Source: Octopus sinensis
Taxonomy: Eukaryota
Length of the DNA: 64,000 nucleotides
Direction: 5' to 3'
Assembly (NCBI RefSeq): GCF_006345805.1
Contig: NC_043014.1
Coordinates: forward strand, 53,072,001 to 53,136,000
This document shows, piece after piece, positions 1-14,124 of this stretch (position 1 is its first letter; every line of letters starts with the position of its first letter). The notes beneath the pieces are model-generated. The model was not told the origin of the DNA. It was given only the letters and a program-made list of their open reading frames with translations, and did not search any database. Made by a program: the position numbers and the translations under genes.

Positions 1-1
1 C

Positions 2-45
<44 letters not shown>

Positions 46-3000
46 ATGTGGCTGTGTGTGCGTTGTCCCCACCACTGCTGGGCAACCAGTGTTGGTTTGC
101 TTACATCCTTATAACTTAGCAGTTTCACAAAGAAGAACAACAGACTAAGTACGAAACTTAAGTCCTGGGGTTGAGTTGACTCAACCCTTGAAGGCATTGC
201 TCCAGTATGACCGCAATCCAATGATGACTGAAACAACTAAACGATTATTCTCAAAACCATGTGGTATGTTTCACGAGAAACATGGTAAAGGATGGATTTG
301 GGTGAAAGAAGGAGTGTAGCACACACACACACACACCCGTCCCTTGAAGGGTGTGGTCCGCATCAGAAATTTCGTTTGCCAGAAACGGCAGAAAGTCGAG
401 TAGAAGCCTTTGAGGTGTTCAGTTACATCTTAAAGTTCAAATTTCACTCAACAAAGGGAGTTAATCCATTTCGCTGAGATGGATTAACTCTTTGCATCAC
501 AGACGTGGGGGGGGGCAGCGTATTCACAGACGGGTTCGTTACCCACACTTTCTACTTTAAAGGGATCCCAATAAAAACCCTTCATTATCTCTTCCAAATA
601 TCATCTTAATGATAAATTTATTTCACCAATTTTTTCTTTATTTTTGAAATTAACGAAAGCACAGGCCACACAATTCAGTTGTATTCACCAAAGTAGCGGT
701 CGAAGGGCTGGACAGCGATCGGCCCCAACGTCCAACACCACAATGTCCCCTTTTACTAGAAACTTAAACCCAATGGCTCAGTTATGAGGACAGAAACTGA
801 CCGTGGTGGTCAAGCAGGCTGGCAACCGATCTGATCTCACACACACACAATGTTGCTTCAGCCAATTATTAATAAAAACACCCAGAAGACATTTCTTTTA
901 TGTTTTTCTTTGTTTGCCTCACCATGCGTGTGTGGAGAGAGAGAGAGAGAGACACACACACAGACAGGCATAGAAACACACCTGACAGGCTTCCAGTTTC
1001 TTTCTATTTACCAAATTCACTCCCAAGGGATTGGTTTCACCCAGGGTCCATACATTAGAACACACTTGCCCAAAGAGCTGTGCAGGACTGAACCCAAAAC
1101 CAGATTATTGCAAAGCAAACTTCTTAACCACACACCCACACAATTATTTGAATTTCTGGGGGTTTTTTTAAAGACATGTCTGAAAAGAGTGTTTTCTCTG
1201 GGCCCCTTCCATCTCCTGATATTAGCAAAACACCTCCCAACACCACTGCTACTATGACTAGAGAAACTGGTTCTGTCAGCAAAACCAAAACATTTTGAGA
1301 GTGAAATCTGGTTTTTGTTTGAATATGTATTTTTGACATCCACCTCCGTAAAAAACAATCCACCCTCACAATAATTAACTAACTGTAGAAAAACCAACTA
1401 CTTGGGGGGGGGGGGGGAGTGCATTAATAAAACACTTTACACAAACCAAATAAGAAACATGACTCAATAAGTTTAGTCTCGATGTGGCTACTTAGAGCTA
1501 GAAACAGCAGCCAAACCTCTCAAATCACACCAACTATCTAAAATTCCAAGCAGGACACACTGTACTCTCGTATAGAGCCACTAAAAACAAGAGGGTCTTC
1601 AATGATACACATCTCTGCTTGATCAACACCAACTTGAGGTCCCTTAAAAATAGGCAGGGCACAACAATGGCAAAAAATAATGCCTCTGAGATTAAGTTTC
1701 CTCTGTCAGGTTCCAACTATATTTCCAGCCTGAGAGTTCTTGAGACTCATTCTTTCACAGACGTCCCCCCCACACACCCACCCTCAATTCTTTTGATTTC
1801 ACAAAGTAGCATAATCCAAAGGACCACACCCTAACCTTTGGCTCCATTTTATTCATCAAGAGACTCTCTACAGGCTGCCTCAGCCTGCTAGAAATAGCAG
1901 GTTATCACTTCTGATCAGCCTCACACTGCTTCTACAAACCTCTTTGTTTAATGTGATCTAAACTTAAATCTTCCATCAAAATTTCATTCCAAGTTATGAT
2001 TCCGAGTACAAAATTGTTTTACTGAATTTTTCATTAATCTCCAAATTAATTAACAGAAAACAGAATTTCACCAGAAATATAGAAATGAAAGGATAAGAAC
2101 TCCCTCAAATCAGTCACTCTACCATCTTATAGAAAAGGAGTCCCTGCATAGACAAAGCGGAAAATGGTTAGTCTAAATGTGTTTGAATATTAGGGTCCGT
2201 TCACACAGGGCTGACATGGCAGCTACTAACAGACTATTAGTGGGGGAGGGGGGTGAAGTATAACAAAGCTTCATAGAGAGGGCAGGAGGTTAGAAATGGG
2301 AGGAGGCAGAGAAAGTTAGAAAACGGAGGGAAGGGGAGGAGATAAAATCTTTCTACTCAATGTCTTCTATAAGTCCAAGATAAAAATGTCTTCCATTAGT
2401 CTAAGAAAATTCTATTTGCATAATTTATTCAAACAATTATACATATGTAATGTTAGATTAATAACTGCTTTAGCACAGATCCACACAAAACTTAATTGTA
2501 CAAACACAGGAGGCACAAGCAAATATGAAATCTATTGGAAGCTAAAGACTTCAGCCATCAACGAGAAATACGAGGAAGTGGTGGGAAAATGGCTAAAATA
2601 GCTGTTAGTCTTTATGTACAAGAGAAGGAGTTTAGCCCCAGTTCAGCCCAGGTCTAATAAACTGCTGACCAAAGGCATTCCACCCATGAGCATCCTGCCT
2701 TTCTCCTTCCTATGTAAGGCATTTCTAGTGATTGCGAAAGAGGTTCCTTCATTGACTCAACAATTCAGTTCCTGGTTTATTCAGAGTCCAGAGTCAAGAC
2801 TAAACAAAAACTCATCACTGAGAGTCTCGTTAGAGGCAAATGTAATGAGTAACATGAAGATGAAGTTGAAGCCAAGAGGGTCCAATTCTGTAGAATATCA
2901 GAACCAAAAGACAAATCTCCCTACACACACACACACACACACACTTGACCAAACTGTTGCCATGGTCACACATGATAAAAGGCTTACTCTACAAAAAAGC

Positions 3001-6000
3001 TCTGAAACATGTAAATATAATTCAGTCGTCCATCCATGATTGTTCAGCATGCTAGCAATAGCAACTAAATCTCCTCCGAACCATAGATGTCTGAGGGACA
3101 TCCATCATGTTATCCTATATCCGTTGTCCAAAAGAAAGAAAAAAACATACACCACCCTACCCCATGCCAGTAAGGAAGGCAGATGTTAAACGATGATGAT
3201 GACAAGAAATGTTTTTTTTGATCAGAGAGAATGTGTAGGAGGAGTGATGCCAGAACTACAGATTGGTGCCACCCTCACTGTTTCCACGTGATTCTCTTTC
3301 TTTTGACTGAAATTTTGGCAGAAACACATTTTCAAAGGCAAAGATGTTGAAAAGATTTAGAAAAAACTTCCAATCTTCTTAGCTTTGGTTCATTCTCCCC
3401 CCAGGCTGTCCCCAACTTCTTTTACTTTAGAATTCTTCTGATTCATATATTTGAAATATCAGCATTATGTAATCTATTCCTTCAAAAGTGTCTTTCTGCA
3501 AGATATCATTTAGAAATGTGTTTTAAAAGACAGTTTATGAGGAAGCGAAATTCAGAAGAGTGAGAATGATCCGAAATTACAAAAGGAAGAGATTTTAATT
3601 TTAGCATAATCATAATCTACATCCTCAAAAACATGGATTTGCATTTTTCAGACAGTTATGAGGAAACAGTGTAAGTCAGTGGGGCACTAAACTGTAGTTA
3701 TACCCCCACTGCTTGGTGAGACTTTTCAAACTAAATTGAATCAGTTGTTGCTGTTTGATCCCAACCCGGATGAAAAGAATTCCTGCCATGACCATCCTGT
3801 CTTTTTCTTACATGCAGATGAACAAAAGACATTATCCAATATATCATTTTTGTTTGTAGAGGTCATAATTTGACTGCTATTTCTAGTAAACAGAGAGACT
3901 ACGTAGAGGCTCCACGAAGAGGGGAAGGAACATGGCTGAGAAGGATTGTTTAAACCTAATCAAAGCGTTCTAGCAATGACCATCCCCACTAAGCCAACCT
4001 TATCCAAATTGCATTCTTCTGTAGAAAGATGACATGATTAGAGATGAAATTTAACTGCATTTTCTAGCAGGTCAGATGACTGCATAGAGGAAACTCAATC
4101 AGTTCAAGTCAGAGGCAGATCCATAATTGGAAGGCATTTTAACCATGACCATCCCTGTCAGTTTTGCAGGAATAGTGGAGCCAGGACTACATTGTTTTTA
4201 AAGGGTGCTGAGGGTGATATGGAGATTTGGCTGTTATTTCATGCAAGTCAAACAACCACAGCGAAAAATGTTCTTGGGAGAAAGCTTTATTGGATTGGCG
4301 AAAATATCAGAGGAATCAGGAGAGGAAAGCAAGTGTGAGAGAGAGAGAGAGAGAGAGAGAATGTAAGTAATGAGAGGGGTGAGGTAAGAGGATGTGGGTT
4401 GAAGGATGAGAGCTGGAGTGGATGGTAGAGGGAGGAGGAGGAGGAAGCAAAGAGTCTGAAAAAGGATTTACAAGCTGCTGGTTATGAATGGATTGTGGAA
4501 GTTGAAGAAAGGGTCAGATCGGAAGGTAAACTAGGGGCCAGTTTAGAGTGGGGAGAGGAAGCAGGCAGTGGAGGGATTATAGCAACAACTATTCAGAGGT
4601 CCCAGGTGAATATTGATGGGAGAGAGAGAGAAAGAAGAAGACATGTTCACCATCTTCTTTCAAAAGGGATCAAATGCTTTTCCAGTTATTGAAATCTGCT
4701 TTTCAGAATAGGAAGGATGAGGTTTGGTTGTTATTTTTAGCATTTGAGTGGCTGTTTCGAAGCTCTGCTTCTTCTGGCATCAAACCAAATGAAGGAGACG
4801 CTGTGGTCGTTCAACATGCTAGAAGTAGCAACTAAATCTCTCCCAAATCACACCCAATCTCATACTGAATGGTATGTTGAACAGGAAACAAAAGGGTGCA
4901 TCCTAAGTCATTTAGGAACAAAGAAACGGTGGGGTGTGAGGGCCTTATAGATAAAGCAGCTGAAACCACAGGGATGAGCCTTCCCTATCCACCCAACTGC
5001 TTTTAATCAGAACTTTCTGAAAATGCCTATTAAATAAATTTTTTACAGATTTCAGAATATGAAAAAAAAAAAACTGAGCAAAGTCAAAGCATGTGAATTA
5101 TAAGAACCTGCCCACTTCCAAAGACCCCTCTCACCCACACAAGCTTAAATGCATTTCCAGAAATTTCATTAAAAATATGCATTTTTCACAAAGTCAAAGT
5201 GTGGGAGACTAACTCTGCAGTTTAACTAAAGGGCATAACTACAGTTTCGTGCCCATCACCACACCCTATTTACCAGAAACTTTCTTTAAAATACATATTT
5301 TTTAATGAAATTTTCCAGAGATATTTTGGATGGGGTACATTATGAATGGGAGGGGGTGAAATAAAAGACTTTAAATAATTTCTCCCCCTCCCTTCTCAAG
5401 GAGAATTTTGATAAATACGTAATTCTTCAGAAAATTTTTTTTAAATACGTTTTTGATAATGCAGAATAATTCTTTTTTCAAATTTTATCAAAAATATAAT
5501 TGTATTCTACATCTTTAGAAACGTATCTTGGAGAAAATTTTCTATTAAAAAAATATTAATTTGAAGTTTGATGAGATGAGGTGGGGATGAAAATGACCCC
5601 GAAAAAGAACAAAATTGATGTTGCCACACCCCACCACTGCAATCTCCATTATTGAAAATATATTTGAAAAAAATTTTCAAAAGAATATATTAATGTTACA
5701 AGCAAACAAAATCGGTGCGGGGTACATTTCTATAGCTTTGTTTGGAAGAAACTAGGAAAAAGTTAAAACAAGAGATGCTGTAAGCCAATTATTTTAATCC
5801 CAACTTCTGTTTCAATACGAGACTACACCAACTTAATTATATTTAAATCTTTAAAAATCCTAATTACTAAAACAAGAATTGACAAATGTCATAATTATTT
5901 TTTAAGCGTCAGAAACGAGTTTCTTTCTCCGTGGTTATTCGAAAAGCAAACAAAAGCAACTAAATTTCGCCCTAAATTTGTTGGCAAATCGTTATTACAA

Positions 6001-6281
6001 AGACGAGAACAAAAGAATAGAAAGAACTAAAGCGGGGGTGAGAATATGGGATAACGTGGACCGGAAGGTTTTGGGGTTCGTACCCGAACTCCTCATTAGG
6101 GTCTGTTCACTGAAGGGTCGACAGGGAGCCGAACAACGAAAATATTGTTACACAGTTTTTAAGCGGAAAATACAATAAAAGTTTATAAATTTGCTAAAAT
6201 TAATCATTGACGCAATTTTTTGTTAAAACCAGAAAAGTTAATTAAAAATTTACAAGAGAAAAATAAATGAACACAGCTTAC

Positions 6282-6720
6282 CGCGCTAATTGATTTGAAG
6301 AAAAGATAAGAGAGAGAGAAGAGTTGAAAATGTTGTTGTCCGAAGCTGAGAAAGAAAGAACTGAGGAGAAGCGGAGTTGGAATTTAAAGTTTCTCCTACC
6401 ACCACTCCTCAAAGTGGGACTGAGGGAGGGAGGAAGGGAGGGAGAGATCTTTCAAGGAAGGAGGAGGAGAGAGAGAGAGAAGTACTCATTGACAAAGGAC
6501 GGGGGAGGAAAGCGGGAGAGAAACGAGAACGATGATCTGTTGCTCCTACTTTCTGCTCTCGAAAAGAAAAAAAAAGTCCATCTTTCTCATTCCACTCAAC
6601 ACACAAAGCGTTAAAGAGAAAAAGGAGGGGGGAGGAGGAGGAAGAGAGAAGAAGAAGAGAAGCAAACAGAATTCTTTAACTTGGAACTCTTGCCGCTACT
6701 CTTGAAAAGAGAGAGAGAGA
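6282..6720 (-). other. Putative non-coding first exon (5' UTR) of an unidentified gene transcribed toward the window start
   Basis: Minus strand reads ...ATTAGCGCG|GTAAGCTG with GT at 6281-6280. The exon body is pyrimidine-rich and non-repetitive. CpG is common at ~5900-7000 but visibly scarce at ~1300-5700. The upstream boundary is a guess. Confidence 0.5.
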
Positions 6721-6964
6721 GAGAGAGAAGAAAGAGAGGAGGGGTGAGAAGAATGTGACACAAGGCCCGACCATCCTCCTCATCAACTCTCCTTTGAAGA
6801 GACGACGACGAACAGATGAAGATAAACGATTCTAAAGCTGAATGGTTTTTGTTTGGTTTAAGGGGAAGAAGTTGTTAGCATCGCCCACAACAAACCATCA
6901 ACGGCGATGGTGGAGAAGAAACGGGAAGACTTGGCTTCCAAACCATCACTACATTCCACCGTGA

Positions 6965-8000
6965 AACCAACAAGGACCTCTACGTGGTCGTACCACCTGC
7001 TAAAAATAGCAGCAACATTCCTACAAAAAATCACACCAATAAAATAAAAAAGTTAAAACGACTGAGGGATAATTAAAAAGGGGAAAACAGACGGGATGGT
7101 CATAGGTGGAGTGGTTTTGATCAGAGATAACCTGGGATAAATAACAATGAAGAAAAATTCAAGCCCTGAATGAGCTATGCGGTCACTTGACTTGTTAGAA
7201 ATAGCAGTCAAATTGCCTCAAGTCCTTATTTATAAAAGACTAAAGAATGAATGAAATCAACCGGTACCAAATATACAAAAATGCAGGTTGGTCATAGTTG
7301 GAGCAACGACTCGAAGCAGCTGATTTCGGGTTCAAAGCTGAATAATTCTTTTTACATGACTAAGAGGAGTCAATGAAGAAACCTCGAACTGCGAGAAATA
7401 GCAGCTAAATCTCCCTCAAAACATTCCCTATAGTCCTTTAGAAAAAGGAAGTCATAGTGGATAATGGCCAAAAGAAAGGGGTTGTTTTTTGATCAGAACA
7501 TAAGCCTGCTGGAACAACTGACCTGGGGCTAAACAAGAGCGGAAACGAAGGGGGGGACGAAAATGTTGGGGTGGAGACTTCACTTGTTATAGCCATTAAG
7601 GAATTAGGAAGAAATAACCAGCATGTCTGGGACTAAGCAGACTGGACCTGCTAGAAATGGCAGCTAAGTCTTTCTAAACACCAAGACATTGTTACGGTAT
7701 TTAAAAAAAAAAGGATGTAATCCTAAACACACGCACAAACAACGTGTTGAATAAGACGGGACTGTCACGGGTGGGGTGTCTCATGAAAAGGTTTACGTGA
7801 TGAAGGATAACTCCGAGCCAAATGAAGGAGGAAGGCCATTTAATAGCCTCAGCCTCCCAACGATAACCAGTCGCGAAAATAAGACAAAAATTTGTTATGG
7901 CAGCAGTCATGAGAAGCTGGAAATAGCAGCCAAATGGCCTTCAAAATATCCCAACGTTGAAAAAGAAATTACATTGGATAATCTAGTTCTAAATACACAC
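6965..8000 (+). repeat. About five head-to-tail diverged copies of an abundant ~200-bp interspersed repeat
   Basis: Core GCTAGAAATAGCAGC..AAATCTCCCTCAAA ... GATGGTCAT.G.TGGA recurs near 7000, 7195, 7395, 7650 and 7920. Many more copies lie on both strands across the window, and some end in an AACAAC-like tail. Confidence 0.7.
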
Positions 8001-8007
8001 TGCTGTC

Positions 8008-8192
8008 TTTCTACAGGCACAAGGCCTGAAATTTGGGGGAGGGGGGCAGTCGAGTAGATCGACCCCAGTACGCAGCTGGTACTTAATTTATTGACCCCGA
8101 AAGGATGAAAGGCAAAGCCGACCTCGGAGGAATTTGAACTCAGAACGTAAGGGCAGACGAAATAGGGCTACGCATTTCGCCCGGCCGCCTTA
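8008..8192 (-). mobile_element. tRNA-derived SINE, family A
   Basis: Shares CGACCTCGG.GGAATTTGAACTCAGAACGTA (B-box-like GAGTTCAAATTC on minus) with copies at 26.9, 31.7, 33.3, 33.5 and 60.0 kb. Confidence 0.8.
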
Positions 8193-10007
8193 CAACAACA
8201 AAGACAATAATAGATGGTCAGAGCAAGAGTATCTTCAGTTATAAACGTCCTGTCTACATCTAAGCAGTTAGTTAAAGCGCCGAAATGTTGGGGATTTAGT
8301 TGCGTCCCTTTCTATTCAAAGTTCAAATCCCACCGACGGAGAAGGGTCAACAGACATTCCCCCAGGGTCGTTGAAATCGATTTTATAATATTCTTATATC
8401 ATCGCAAATGTAAATGGAATTCTAACAGGAAAAAAAACAATAAAACTCGGCCAGACAACGAAGTAAGGAGCTTAGTCGGTGACATTCGAAACCAAAACCT
8501 TAGATATAACACCAACAACAAACAGGGTTTAAGGCCGTGGCTGGGATTCATTTATTTATCTATTCTCTTTCGTTGTTTCCTCGCAATTGGAAAGGAGGGG
8601 CTAATTCCCTTTCCAGTAATGTCCTGCTGACTTCCTTACATTCTTAAACGGTAGAAAAAAGGCAATATTTGAAGCTGTGAGTCTTCAAAGACGAGAGATG
8701 AGAGACACCAGTCATCAGCCTTCTCGTGTCAAAATAAATTAACAACAGTCTATATCTACAATCTATTAAAATTATTCTGCTCTGGTTCTGCACTATTAAT
8801 TCCACAGAATGTGTGAAATCGCTGACAAAAAAACCCAGAGTCAGAACTGCCTCTACCTGGTCGGTCCAAATGCTGGAAATGGTAGCAAAATCTTTCAAAA
8901 ATTACAAGAACAAATTACAAAATATATAAAAGGATATTTAGATAATGTAGCCCGAAACTGTCTGAGAAAAAAAAACAGGATGGTCTCGACTAGAACGCCT
9001 AATCGTGTGTGCGTGTAGAAAGGAAAGAATTGTGTGTGTGAAAGTGGAATTGACAAAATCGGAGCAGAGAGGATTAAAAGCCATCTCGACTAAACAATTG
9101 TTTAGTAAATATTTCGGGGCCCAGAACGAAGATCCGCTGTCTCTTTAATTACAATGTAAATTACTACAATTTACTTTAATTACAATATATATATATATAT
9201 ATATAACTATCAAATCCTTCCTTTAAAGCTGTCGACAAAGTTGTCCTCTCTCAATTCCCTCAACAATTCTGTCGCATCCTTCCTTCCTTGCTTTCTCTCT
9301 CTTCTTCCGAAGGTTACTTCAATTTCTTTTCTTTTATCATTTTCACACAATCTCTTACTATTTTACGTTGAAAAACAAAACGAAAAGAAAAACATTCATT
9401 ATTTCATAAGATCGAACTTCCTTTCCGTTTAATACTAGTGTGTGTGTGTGTGTGTGTGATACAGCTTTATTCACTGGCCATCATCATCATCATCATCATC
9501 AAGTGTCTCTTTACAGTTTATGAGTGAAAGCTGAAGGCAGGAGGGAACGTAAGTAAGTAAAGGTTGTAGGCAGAGGTTGTTACTTGAACCATTTTCAGGA
9601 GAGAGGGTGTTGGAGGAGGAGGAGGAGGAGAGAAAGAAGCGGGGGGGGGGGTCGGCTTTCAGAAGCAGCTGCAATCAATGACTCACTCGTGTCACTCCCA
9701 CTTCCAGCCCGGTCTGCTCTCACTAACCACCACCACCATCATCATTAGAATCATGTGAAACGGAGGAGCATCGGTGGAGGCGGCGGAGGTGGAGATTAAA
9801 CGGTTTAAAGAATATGACAAACGGTTTGCTCCAGAGGTCAACGATCAAAGGCATTCCAGCCATGACCATCGTCAGACTGCACACACACACACACACACTG
9901 AAAGAGGCTTGAGTGAGATTTAACTGCCATTTATAACAATTCCAGACTCCCTAATTTAATATAAGCTGTTTAACCACAGGTCAGTTCCAAACAGGCACAA
10001 CTACCTA

Positions 10008-10213
10008 TTCGGTTGGTGCATAAGTATTGCGGCTTTTTTTCTTTCAACAAAAATAATAATATTTAACAAAAACATCTTTGAATGATGGTCTGACCGTCTG
10101 CCAAGCAAATGGGAAGCAGAAATTGAAGTAGATGGTGAATATGCTCCGGAATAATCATTTAAAGATGTTTCTGTTACGTTGAAAAAAGCCGCAATAATTA
10201 TGCACCAACCCAA
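10008..10213 (+). mobile_element. Mariner-derived MITE (~206 bp)
   Basis: TIRs TTCGGTTGGTGCATAAGTATTGCGGC / GCCGCAATAATTATGCACCAACCCAA with TA TSD at 10006-7 and 10214-5. Internal LPSKWEAEIEVDGEYAPE* resembles the mariner transposase C-terminus. Confidence 0.9.
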
Positions 10214-10699
10214 TATAATCGAGAATTTTCAGTTGTAACCTTCCTGCAGTAAGTATATCAGACATTAACTGTACTTTTCTTTTCTTTCTTTTTTTTTTCG
10301 TGATTTAAATAAGATTTGACTGCTATTTCTAGCATGTCGAGCGACCACGTAGTGTCCCTAAATACGGATAGATGGACAAATGATCCGTCTACCCCTTCCC
10401 CAGCTTTTGACTGCTGATCGTTTCTTTAGAGTAATGAGATGGAAGGGGTCAGTCCACTGCCCCTTTCTTCACAATAAATAAAAATGCCAGTAAATTGGAT
10501 CTAAATCAGGTCCTTTATACAAGACAGGAGGGCGACGCAGGATTGGGGTTTAATTTCCACAAATGTTGACGTCGATGAAGGTTTTGTGAAATTGTGGAAA
10601 CAGATTTTATATTTCGGGACGGTCATTTTCCAAAATAAATACACGCACTGTATGTTCGTTCTTCACTTGTTACTATTACTGTTCTTATTTTATGTCAAT

Positions 10700-10745
10700 T
10701 GTCTGGAAAGTTTTTTGTCACACACCTGTGACCTCTTCAGTGACT
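10700..10745 (-). ncRNA. Degenerate Penelope-type minimal hammerhead motif
   Basis: Minus strand CUGAAGA-G-GUCAC-AGGUGU-GUGAC-AAAAAAC: 5-bp stem II intact, GAAA box decayed. Confidence 0.5.
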
Positions 10746-12709
10746 TTGCATCCCACGTGTCTCCTGTTCTACGGTACGTGTCCTCATCTGCGCATGCGTG
10801 CGCGTGTACCCTTTATCATTTCATCAAGGGATTACAGACCGCAATCATTAATGAACCGAATGATAATCCTGCCTTATACGAACTCTGGGCTCAGCTAGCA
10901 CCGACTGACAGACTACCTAGAACAGACCCCTATCCAAGGTGACGTACTCCTTTCCTCTAGCTTAAGAATTACAAACGGAGAAGGCACGAAGTTACGCGAG
11001 GGCTCGTGGCCTGCTAGAAATAGCTAAATCTCCCTCAAATTGTACCCCCAACTCGCGTTGTTAATCGCCTTTAATCTATTCCAATTCTGTTCTGATTCAA
11101 GAAATACTTGGATGGCAATAAAAGTGAAGAGAGTAAAGTCAGAGGTTGACAGATTTTAACCGAGAATATGTGATGTGGGGGAGGTTTTACCTACTCTGGT
11201 TGCCATACCAACCACTCAGAGGCTATCTCTCCTCTCGTTGGCTCCTACAACCAACAAACATCAAACTGCGTGTGTGTGTGTGTGCGTGTGTGTGTGCGTG
11301 CGCTCACAAACAGCTTTATAATTGCTTCGTTGTTCAGATAAATAAAAATAAGGATTGGCTGTCCCGAGGAAGTTCTAGAACTTGTGAAGGGGAGGAAAAA
11401 AGCGGATTTATTTAGTTTTACTATGAAATAAATAGCAACAAATACCGTGAGAATGCGGAGGAGGAGAGGAAGAGAGAGAGGGAGAGGAAGAGAGGGGGGG
11501 GGGCAGATTACTTTCAACTTAATATCTTGGCAGCGAATATAGACGATGTTATCTTACATTGACTGAGAACGGCCATGCTGGAACACCACCTTTAATGGCT
11601 TTATTTGATCATACAGTACTTTTATTGATCTATTTTATTTGTCATTTCGTTTAAAAAAAGCATAAAATTGGTTTTGTTATTTTTTTTAAAAACCATAAAC
11701 TCGAAATACCATGTTTGGCTGCGCAACAAATTCTGCAAGCAACTCAATTGTCAACGAGAGAAGAGACTAACAGACACCACCACGCCAGCTCAAAGTGCAG
11801 CACAATGAGATGGAACCCGGAACCATGCGGTCGAGAAACGAGCATCTTACCCCATGGCCCTATCTGCAAGTTTTATCTAAATCTCCGATCATCTCCAACA
11901 AATCCATTCCAATGACAATCTCCTCATCAAGAGTCTGCTATTTCCAAATAATCTTTATACAACAACGAAAACTGGTTTAGCTAGCAGCAGACCAATTCTA
12001 AACTTACCTATCGTTAAAGACATTCTAGCCGTGACCATCCTGCATTTTCAAAGGTATCTAAGAAGTGCATTACTAAACGTGCCCCTCTTTGTTAAGACTG
12101 CAGTGTTCGATTTAAGGAGGTCTGGTCTCTTATTTCTAGCAGGTCATTCGACCTACTGGAAGGCTGTTTCGTTTTATCAGTGAAAAATAAAAAATTACAA
12201 AGTCCACAACGAAGTCACTTGAGACTAGAAAGGAAGAGATTAACAACGGTTTCAGAATTGATATCAGTTATGTCAACGTATCGAGCCAGTCACCAAATAT
12301 CATTCCATTACTGAATCAATAATATATGTACATATTAATTACTGCCAATGACTAATTAATGAATTACAACAGCCGCAGCTTTAATAAGCGCCATTGTAGT
12401 TCATTGAGAATGTAATTAACTCTATTGATAATGTCGAAGTGAGCCGAGTTGTTCGGTGGCGGTGCCAGGCAAACATTGGACAGGAACACCGTGTTAAGCG
12501 GAATCAATAAATAAAAGGAAATCAGACAGAAACAAAAAAAAAGGTTTCCAAAGTTCCTGGAATGAATAGAAATCGTTTTGGGGCCGTCAGATATTTGAAA
12601 ATGGAGGCAAGTAACAACGGCCACAAACAAACCTACCGACATCGAGTTAATTCTGAAATGTCAGAAATAATTAATGGAAAACAAGGCCAGTTCTTTTTAT
12701 TTTCCTTTT

Positions 12710-13095
12710 GTTCAGTCAGTGGATTGCGGTCATACTGGAGCACTGCCTTGAAAAGATTTAAATAAATCGACCTCCAGTTTTTTTTTGTTTTTTTTTTAAA
12801 GCTTGATATTTTGGGGGGGGGGTTAGCTTGATATTTCTGTTTCTTTTGTTGAGCCACTAAGTTACGCGGACGTTTCCAAACAAACACCGGTTGCCAATCG
12901 GAAGAGTGCGAGCAAGCACAAACACAATATATATAAAACCGGCTTCCACAGTTTCCGTCGACCAAATTCACTCACAAGGCATTATTCGGGCGGGGATGAA
13001 AGTAGAAGACACTTGCTCAAGGTGCCATGCAGTCGGGCTGAACCCGGAACCAGGAGATAGCAAAGCAAGCTTTTTCACCACAGAGCGATGCCCTA
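12710..13095 (-). mobile_element. tRNA-derived SINE, family B (diverged)
   Basis: Colinear with the full copy at 41945-42355. Confidence 0.7.
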
Positions 13096-13376
13096 TCAGT
13101 TCGATTTTGTTTGTTTGCCTGCAACAGTTTTGAGGCGACGTCACGGAAGTAAGCGTTATTGCTGCGAAATGAGGATTCGACACGATTCAAGAAATCAATA
13201 AACAGACAGTTTGTCAAGTACACCAAACCATCAGAAATGTTGGCGCAGACGTCGTCACAGTTTCACGATAAGCTTTCTCGTCTTTTTTTTTTAAGATAAA
13301 TCAAAAAAAATGATGGAAGGACTTTTAGACCAACTTTAGATCTGGCTTTCGATCTAGTTGCTCCTCTCACTCTCAT

Positions 13377-13438
<62 letters not shown>

Positions 13439-13499
13439 GTGTGTGTGTGTGTGTGTGTGTGTATCTATATAGTATTTCATATACCTGTAATTCTGTAAT

Positions 13500-13760
13500 G
13501 TGTCTGTTGTTCAAATACCTGGCCTCTGGCTATTGATTTATTTCCATTAACTCATTTTTGTTTAAATTGTGCAAAACTGGGTCGTAAATGTGTTCTACTC
13601 CTAAGTCTAACTCCTCTCGCTTCAGGAAATAATATTGGACAATTGTCGAGCTGATGACGGCTATTGAGGCAGAATCGTGTCCCCTTATTTCCAGACAATA
13701 AGCCTGTACTTTTCCTTAATAGCATCTCAATTTTGGAGACCCATGGTCAAAAGGGCTCCA
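13500..13760 (+). mobile_element. Penelope-like terminal repeat remnant with hammerhead motif (copy 1)
   Basis: Homologous to 45650-45900 (TTTAAATT.TGCAAAA, AAATGTGTTCTACTC, AGACAATAA..., CTTTTCCTTA). Core CTGATGA-CGGCTATTGAGGCA-GAATCGTGTC at 13651-13681. Confidence 0.65.
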
Positions 13761-14124
13761 ACCGTGACCATCGTCTGTTTTCCATATCGGAGATTACTTC
13801 ATTGTCAAATGCTGTCAACGTTTCAAAACGGCAGTGTGTGTGTGGGGGGGGGTTATTTCGGGAGACCATCTCGAGAGGCTCTCTTCTAACCAGAAACCAT
13901 TTCAGATGTTATCTTCTAATATTGACCAAGTTTATTCCTGGGAATTGATTTCTTGACCAACTCCAAAATAAACACCATCGCCAAACGATTCCGGTTTCAG
14001 ATGGAAGGATTGTCATCGATGACTCGATACGCCATCGATTAATTTATGCAAATATGCTCTCCCATTGATTTATCGATACAGGATGACATTCGAATGTATT
14101 TTCCGTTTATATTTCCTGTATAAA

